Program-made: the position numbers and the translations under genes
Notes under the pieces: generated by a model
Database searches by the model: none
The model's input: the letters and a program-made list of their open reading frames with translations, nothing else
What the model was told of the DNA's origin: nothing
Assembly (NCBI GenBank): GCA_005222975.1
Contig: NJBI01000081.1
Coordinates: 1-11,752 of the forward strand
Direction: 5' to 3'
Origin: Promethearchaeota archaeon Loki_b31
Lineage (GTDB): Archaea; Asgardarchaeota; Lokiarchaeia; Sigyniarchaeales; SOKP01
DNA: 11,752 bases
Part shown: positions 6,289-11,752 of the stretch, one piece after another
How the letters are laid out: the number at the start of each line of letters is the position of its first letter
Position numbering within the stretch: position 1 is the stretch's first letter

Positions 6289-8604
6289 ATGAGTGGGATT
6301 TCAAGTGGTTATGAAGGAAAAGAAAATAGGTTAAGAGTAAAAGACGCATTCAAAGAAGATTCTGGCAAAGGTAGGGTAAGAATTGACCCTTATATAACCA
6401 GCAAGTTAAACTTAAAAAATGGTGATGCGATTGAGATATATTCTCCCTTAACAAAATCAAAGACAGCTGCATTATTATATCCCGGTAAACCCGAAGATAA
6501 AGGGACTGGAATCCTAAGGCTCGATTCGTCTTTAAGAAGGAATATAGAAGTAATGATTGATGATTATGTAGAGATTCGTAAAATTGAAGCGATTTTAGCC
6601 GACAAAGTAGTATTCGCAAGTTTAACAGAGCCAGTTATAATTAGCCCTAGACAACTAAATACATTACTAGAAAATAGAGTAATAACTAAAAATGATGTTA
6701 TAAGCTTTTGGAATTATCGTAAAAAATACGACTTAATAATCGTAGATTTTGAACCAAAGGCTATTGCGGTCAGAATTCACCTCGGAACAAAAATTAAATT
6801 AAGCGAAAAAACACATAAAGAACTTGTAGAAAGAGAAAAATCAAGAGTAAGCTATGAGGATATTGGTGGATTAGAAGAGGAAATTCAGAGAATTCGTGAA
6901 ATGATCGAATTACCAATGAGACATCCTGAATTGTTTAAAAGAATAGGAATAGATCCTCCTAAGGGAGTCTTGCTTCATGGTCCTCCGGGAACGGGTAAAA
7001 CTTTATTAGCAAGGGCGGTAGCTTTCGAGACTGACGCTTATTTTATTACAATTAGCGGTCCTGAAATTATGAGTAAGTTTTATGGACAAAGTGAACAAAA
7101 CCTTAGGAATATTTTTGACGACGCTAAGAATAACGCTCCTTCAATAATATTTATCGATGAATTAGATTCGATAGCCCCAAAAAGAGGGGAGGTCACTGGA
7201 GAGGTTGAGAGAAGGGTAGTAGCTCAGTTACTCTCTCTACTCGATGGTTTAGAAGGAAGAGGTGAAATTATCGTCATTGGAGCAACAAATCGAGTAAACG
7301 ATATTGATATTGCACTAAGAAGGCCTGGTAGATTTGACAAAGAAATTGAGATTGGCGTACCTGATACGCACGGTCGATATGAAATATTACAAATTCACAC
7401 GCGTGGTATGCCGTTAGATGATGATGTGGATCTTAGAACTATTGCAGAAAAAACTCATGGTTTTGTAGGTGCAGATATTGAAGCGTTAGCTAAAGAAGCG
7501 GCGATGCTATCTATTAGAGAAATCCTTCCAAAAATAGATTTAGACAAGCCAATTCCTTTTGAAGTTTTAAGTTCAATTAAAATAAAAATGGAAAATTTTA
7601 CCTTGGCGTTAAATAACATCGAACCTTCGGCCTTAAGGGAAGTAATTATTTCCCAACCCACAGAAACTTGGGAAGATGTTGGAGGACTAGAAGATGCCAA
7701 ATTACAATTAAGAGAAATTATTGAATGGCCATTGAAGTATCCTGAATTATATAAACATTTATCTTCAAAACCGCCAAGTGGAATTTTATTGTTTGGACCC
7801 CCTGGTACTGGAAAAACTCTGTTAGCAAGAGCTTTAGCTCATGAAACCGAAATAAATTTTATCTCAGTGAAAGGTCCAGAATTTCTATCTAAATGGGTTG
7901 GTGAAAGTTCAAAGGCAGTGAGAGAAACATTTAGAAAAGCGAGGTCAGCATCTCCGTGCATTATATTTTTTGACGAGATCGATGCAATTGCAGGAGTGAG
8001 AGGGAGGTCTGCAAGTTCAGAGGTAACTGATCAAGTTATTTCCCAACTATTAACTGAAATGGACGGTTTAGAAGATTTAAAAAATGTTATTTTACTCGCT
8101 GCGACAAATCGACCTGACATGCTTGACCCCGCGTTATTACGTTCTGGAAGGTTTGGAAGACATATCGAGGTTTCTATGCCAGATTTAGAATCACGTAAAG
8201 CTATATTTAAAATTCACCTTAAAAATAAACCACTAGCAAGTGATGTTAATATTGAGAGCTTAATTGAAGGTTTCGAGGGATATACTGGTGCTGATATCCA
8301 AGCCCTTTCTGAAGAAGCGACATTATTAACAATCAGAAGAGCTATTCCAGCCTTTAACGAAAAAAGGAAGGAAATACAAGACTATAATATTCAACTAGAA
8401 CAATTACAATCAGAAAAAGCTAGTAATAAAGACATACAAGAATTAGAAGAGAAAATTAAACACATTCGGTCTCAATTAGTTAATGAAGTTGTAATATCAA
8501 AAGCAGATTTCGATGAGGCACTTGAAAAAATCCTTAAAGGAGCAGATAGAGCCAAAAAAATTCACGATCAATATTCAAAAGCACCTGAAGAACTGTATAA
8601 ATAA
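6289..8604 (+). CDS. cdc48: CDC48/VAT/p97-family double-ring AAA+ ATPase
   Basis: N domain ([19 protein letters not shown]). D1: [28 protein letters not shown]2: [28 protein letters not shown]-terminal LYK. Confidence 0.98.
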   Translation: MSGISSGYEGKENRLRVKDAFKEDSGKGRVRIDPYITSKLNLKNGDAIEIYSPLTKSKTAALLYPGKPEDKGTGILRLDSSLRRNIEVMIDDYVEIRKIEAILADKVVFASLTEPVIISPRQLNTLLENRVITKNDVISFWNYRKKYDLIIVDFEPKAIAVRIHLGTKIKLSEKTHKELVEREKSRVSYEDIGGLEEEIQRIREMIELPMRHPELFKRIGIDPPKGVLLHGPPGTGKTLLARAVAFETDAYFITISGPEIMSKFYGQSEQNLRNIFDDAKNNAPSIIFIDELDSIAPKRGEVTGEVERRVVAQLLSLLDGLEGRGEIIVIGATNRVNDIDIALRRPGRFDKEIEIGVPDTHGRYEILQIHTRGMPLDDDVDLRTIAEKTHGFVGADIEALAKEAAMLSIREILPKIDLDKPIPFEVLSSIKIKMENFTLALNNIEPSALREVIISQPTETWEDVGGLEDAKLQLREIIEWPLKYPELYKHLSSKPPSGILLFGPPGTGKTLLARALAHETEINFISVKGPEFLSKWVGESSKAVRETFRKARSASPCIIFFDEIDAIAGVRGRSASSEVTDQVISQLLTEMDGLEDLKNVILLAATNRPDMLDPALLRSGRFGRHIEVSMPDLESRKAIFKIHLKNKPLASDVNIESLIEGFEGYTGADIQALSEEATLLTIRRAIPAFNEKRKEIQDYNIQLEQLQSEKASNKDIQELEEKIKHIRSQLVNEVVISKADFDEALEKILKGADRAKKIHDQYSKAPEELYK

Positions 8605-8629
8605 AAAATTAAATTAATAGATTAAAAAG

Positions 8630-9424
8630 ATGATAAAAATGGAAGTGGAAAAAGAGAGTCAGACCAAGCAATTCATTAGCTTAGATAGCTTATTAGAAAT
8701 GCTAGGAAATCCCACTAGAAGAATTATATTGTCAAAACTGGCAAAAGTTCCCCACTCCCCATCAGAATTAGCTAAAATCTTAGGCATTTCAAGGCAAGCA
8801 GTACATAGCCAGTTAGATCTCTTAAGCACTAACAATGTAGTTGAAAGGTTCGGTGAAGAAAAACGCGGTGGCAAATATCGAATAAAAAGCAATCTCTCAA
8901 TCAGAATTAATATTTCTCCAGATTATTACAATATCCGGTATAGTATGACTGAGATTAAAGATGATGCCAAATCTATTAATCTAAAAGATATCGGATGTGC
9001 TACTAAATTTGAGAACATTAAATCTCCAAATAAAAAAATCAGATTTTTAGGCGGACAGATCAAAGATATTGAAAATAAAATTAGGGAATTCGAGTTAGAA
9101 AGAAGAAAATTACTGCAAAATAAAGAATGTTATATTGTGGAACTAAAAAACATAATTAACGATACTTATCAAAAGGATTTTTTAAAAAAGCGACCTGAAT
9201 TAGAAAATTTAGAAAGAGAAATTTTTTATACATTATTTTATAATCCTGCTCAATTCCGTCAAAGGATTAATATAGATAACCTCATGGAAGATCTATTTTT
9301 TTCAGACTTAGATCCTTTCAAGCGCGCAACACATAAGTTAGATGTAACAAATTTATTAAAGGACTTATCGTCATTCATGGATTTCCTATGGGAAGATGAT
9401 GATGATTGGTTTTTTGACTTTTAA
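8630..9424 (+). CDS. ArsR-like winged-helix transcription factor, Phr/HSR1-type archaeal heat-shock regulator
   Basis: LLEMLGNPTRRIILSKL..P.SPSELAKILGISRQAVHSQLDLL and KYRIKSNLSIRINISP parallel the Pyrococcus Phr N-terminus as recalled. Central coiled coil (IKDIENKIREFELERRKLLQNKE). Located 25 nt after cdc48. Confidence 0.85.
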   Translation: MIKMEVEKESQTKQFISLDSLLEMLGNPTRRIILSKLAKVPHSPSELAKILGISRQAVHSQLDLLSTNNVVERFGEEKRGGKYRIKSNLSIRINISPDYYNIRYSMTEIKDDAKSINLKDIGCATKFENIKSPNKKIRFLGGQIKDIENKIREFELERRKLLQNKECYIVELKNIINDTYQKDFLKKRPELENLEREIFYTLFYNPAQFRQRINIDNLMEDLFFSDLDPFKRATHKLDVTNLLKDLSSFMDFLWEDDDDWFFDF

Positions 9425-9449
9425 AATCATTCATTTTATGATTTTTTTT
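9423..9449 (+). terminator. Hairpin plus T-tract after the regulator gene
   Basis: AAAATCAT(9423-9430)-N7-ATGATTTT(9438-9445), running into a T8 tract directly after the stop codon. Confidence 0.45.
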
Positions 9450-9493
9450 ACAATTCATTAGAATTTAAATTAGAAAATTTATAAGGTGGTATA

Positions 9494-9994
9494 TTGAACC
9501 TAAGCGAATTAAAGAAAGAAATGCCCGAAATATTTGAGAGCGTTAAGAATGATGTAAGAAAAATACTAGGGCGCCATCGAGCTGGATTAAGCTTAGGATT
9601 GGTCGAAATGGGAGTGTTCCGTGGAGGTTTTATAGGTGGGATGCATTTTCATCCTGGAACGGAAATCGTTATGAATAAATCTCCCTTAAAAATCATTTTG
9701 GATTCTCAACCTTATGAAATCGTCTGGGCATACACTTATCACATCTTACTTCACGAATATATTCATTCATTAGGAGTTATTGATGAGCGGCAATGTAGAG
9801 CAATTACTCTTAGTATTAGTGAACAAATTTTTAGGGAAGCCGACCATCCCGTAATTATCCTCGCAAAAAATGGAATTGGCACATTTATTCTTAACTTACG
9901 AATAATTTACATCCCTCCTGAGAAGCGGCCCGATGGTATGCCTATTGAATATGTGTACGGTTTCGATAGAGAAAGCCAATCCTATTTTTCATAA
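9494..9994 (+). CDS. Small soluble HEXXH zinc metallopeptidase (minigluzincin/SprT-like)
   Basis: ILLHEYIHSLGVIDE (HEYIH at 9752-9766), preceded by the strands IGGMHF and EIVMN. TTG start with RBS AAGGTGGT at 9483-9490. No signal peptide or TM segment evident. Confidence 0.8.
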   Translation: MNLSELKKEMPEIFESVKNDVRKILGRHRAGLSLGLVEMGVFRGGFIGGMHFHPGTEIVMNKSPLKIILDSQPYEIVWAYTYHILLHEYIHSLGVIDERQCRAITLSISEQIFREADHPVIILAKNGIGTFILNLRIIYIPPEKRPDGMPIEYVYGFDRESQSYFS

Positions 9995-10005
9995 CTTACA
10001 TATAA

Positions 10006-10092
10006 TATAATGGAAAAATTTGGATTGAAACTAAAGTGCTGGGAGATTACACAAAAGGAAGTAATTTTGTTGTTTTAATTTCATTAGCTTAA
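10006..10092 (+). pseudogene. C-terminal remnant of a sensor histidine kinase (HATPase_c end)
   Basis: Manual translation gives YNGKIWIETKVLGDYTKGSNFVVLISLA*, the 'G.I.V.....GS.F...P' terminus of HATPase_c domains. An in-frame TAA sits immediately upstream (10003-10005) and there is no start codon. Confidence 0.75.
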
Positions 10093-10554
10093 AATATTAA
10101 AGAATACTGTTTCGATGGAAAAACCCTATCTCATTTTTCGTAGGTTCATTTAATGAATTCATTTAAGAGCTAAAAATAATAATTTTGATAATTGAACTTT
10201 TAAAGCCAATAGATCTTTAAGATTAAGGTGATCAATTCTTTTAATTGTCCTTACTTTTTTTTACATTTTATTCAATAAGTGTAATATAACCATTTAAAAA
10301 TTATTAATTTAGAACAATTACCGTTGAAATCTGATATATTTCTAAAATATTCCTATCTATTTTGTGTTTTTTATTAATCAATGATTGTATCCGAGTGAAA
10401 ATATAAAGACTTAAATATAGAATAGAGTGGTTTTTAGTTAGACAAAAAATTAAAAAATAAATAGAAATAATGAAATTCTCTATGCTAAATGGATTTTTAT
10501 TGTTTTATTAAAATGATTGAGATGAAAGAGATCTATTAAACTTACAATAAAAAA

Positions 10555-11241
10555 TTGAGAAAAGAAATCTCGATAAAAATTCAAGCTATACATCACTTAG
10601 TCTCAGGATATCCAAGACTTGGTGTTTCTTTGTATCAGGTACTTCTTTTAGAAGAGCCACTAGAGATTGTAGAATATTTCGATTCTATTTTAGACCACCT
10701 ATCACCATACGTTGAAGGAATCGATGCTAAACTCAGTTCGCAAGAGCGCTATGTTTTTGGACAGATAGTACGAAACCTTTCGCAAAATGTTACAAAGACC
10801 AACTTTTCATTTGAGGATATATTTGAGAAAGGGCCTGAGAGTGAGCGAGGACGAAACAGGGCTTTATTTTCTAAACTGAAGAAGAAAGGATTTATTACAG
10901 TACAACATAAAGAAGGTCGTCGGGTATTCCACCGTCTGAGTAGTCCTATTTTTGGTATATGGTACTTAAAAACTCATGTTAAAGATGCTACTTTTAAGGG
11001 GAGATATATTCTGGAATTCATCTATGCATATTTTACAAGTGAAGAACTTATCAAACAATTCGGTGGTTTAACTGTCCCTGATATGGCTTCAGTTGCCATA
11101 AAAGCTGCTTTTACGAGACTGGATGAGGAGTATATTTCAACAGTAATGAATTTAGGAATGACTTCAGTGAAAGAAGGAAAATTTGATGAGGCTTTAGAGG
11201 TTTTTGAAAATGTAATAAAAGATTCGGACAGCTCAGCTTAA
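10555..11241 (+). pseudogene. Internal fragment of a STAND-like ATPase-wHTH-TPR protein
   Basis: Begins at the helical GxP motif (IQAIHHLVSGYPRL), then ILDHLSPY...LSSQER and a winged helix (LFSKLKKKGFI...GRRVFHRLSSPIFGIWY). Ends after one TPR-like unit (NLGMTSVKEGKFDEALEVFENVI). No Walker A/B, and an in-frame TAA at 10537-10539 lies upstream. Confidence 0.65.
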
Positions 11242-11664
11242 TCCCGCCCGTCAAAGCCTTTTTAAAAGGCAGATGTAGTAGAGAGCAATACTGAGGGAAG
11301 AAAAGCACGATGTGGCATATTTTTTCTGGAACATTGCCCAACGTGGATTGATATCATTTGATACACGAACAGCTTTAAAATATATGAAGGGTGTCCACAA
11401 TATATGTTCTATAGTAAATTAAAAAGGAATGACATATAACACAAAATAGTGCATCGCTCTTGTGCATGCCGTATTCGCAGTAAATATTTCACGAGTGCAT
11501 GATTAAGGAAAAGTTTGTAATAAAAAAGACACAATACATTTCAGCAGAGAAATATATTTAACTGAAATTTACCCCATGTACAGTCTTAAATCCCGATTTT
11601 ATCGGTAAACCCGAAACCTTTTACGAGCTTCCAATCAGCAACTTGCACTTTCGACCCCCTTTCA

Positions 11665-11752
11665 GCTATGCTTGCCCCGCCCGCCCCGTAGCTCCGGGAG
11701 ATGGTACCGGGGTTAAATTCTTTAAAAAAGACAGCATAGCGTATTTAACTGG
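11665..11752. repeat. GC-rich nested REP/MITE-like hairpin elements (cut by window end)
   Basis: Inner CCCC-GTA...TAC-C-GGGG (11684-11712) containing CTCC-G-GGAG; GTTAAAT(11712-11718)/ATTTAAC(11743-11749); GCTATGCT(11665-11672)/AGCATAGC(11733-11740); duplicated GCCCCG at 11674 and 11683. Confidence 0.5.

Noticed and set aside
8140-8157. D2 second region of homology RSGRFG instead of RPGRFD
   Set aside because: Both arginines and the Walker motifs are retained, so there is no evidence of an inactive D2 ring.
6350-8892. Three short - strand ORFs (89, 81, 77 aa)
   Set aside because: Antisense to cdc48 and the regulator, which carry strong family motifs.
10093-10488. AT-rich gap with short repeats (TTCATTTAA twice) and a ~33-codon minus-strand open stretch
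   Set aside because: No start codon or recognisable motif; no tRNA, CRISPR or IS ends seen.
11111-11341. 76-aa - strand ORF
   Set aside because: Straddles the suspected junction, overlaps the TPR fragment antisense and shows no motifs.

Overview
AT-rich archaeal DNA, most consistent with an Asgard (Lokiarchaeia-like) genome; this is inferred from the gene families, GGTG-type RBSs and a Loki-style histidine kinase tail. Left to right: a small membrane protein (-), a solitary gamma-class m6A DNA methyltransferase (+), a radical SAM/Twitch enzyme (-) divergent from a folate-independent core methionine synthase of the MesC type (+), and an MglA-family small GTPase (+). Next comes a compact proteostasis/heat-shock unit: hsp20, cdc48 (HbYX tail, extra coiled coil) and a Phr/HSR1-like winged-helix regulator, preceded by a perfect ATGTCAA-N7-TTGACAT inverted repeat and followed by a small HEXXH zinc metalloprotease. 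The last ~1.7 kb looks decayed or rearranged: a 28-codon histidine kinase C-terminal remnant missed by the ORF track, a doubly truncated STAND-type ATPase/wHTH/TPR fragment, and GC-rich nested REP-like hairpins at the window edge that may be foreign or chimeric. Family assignments come from motif reading and recalled family sequences; no searches were run.
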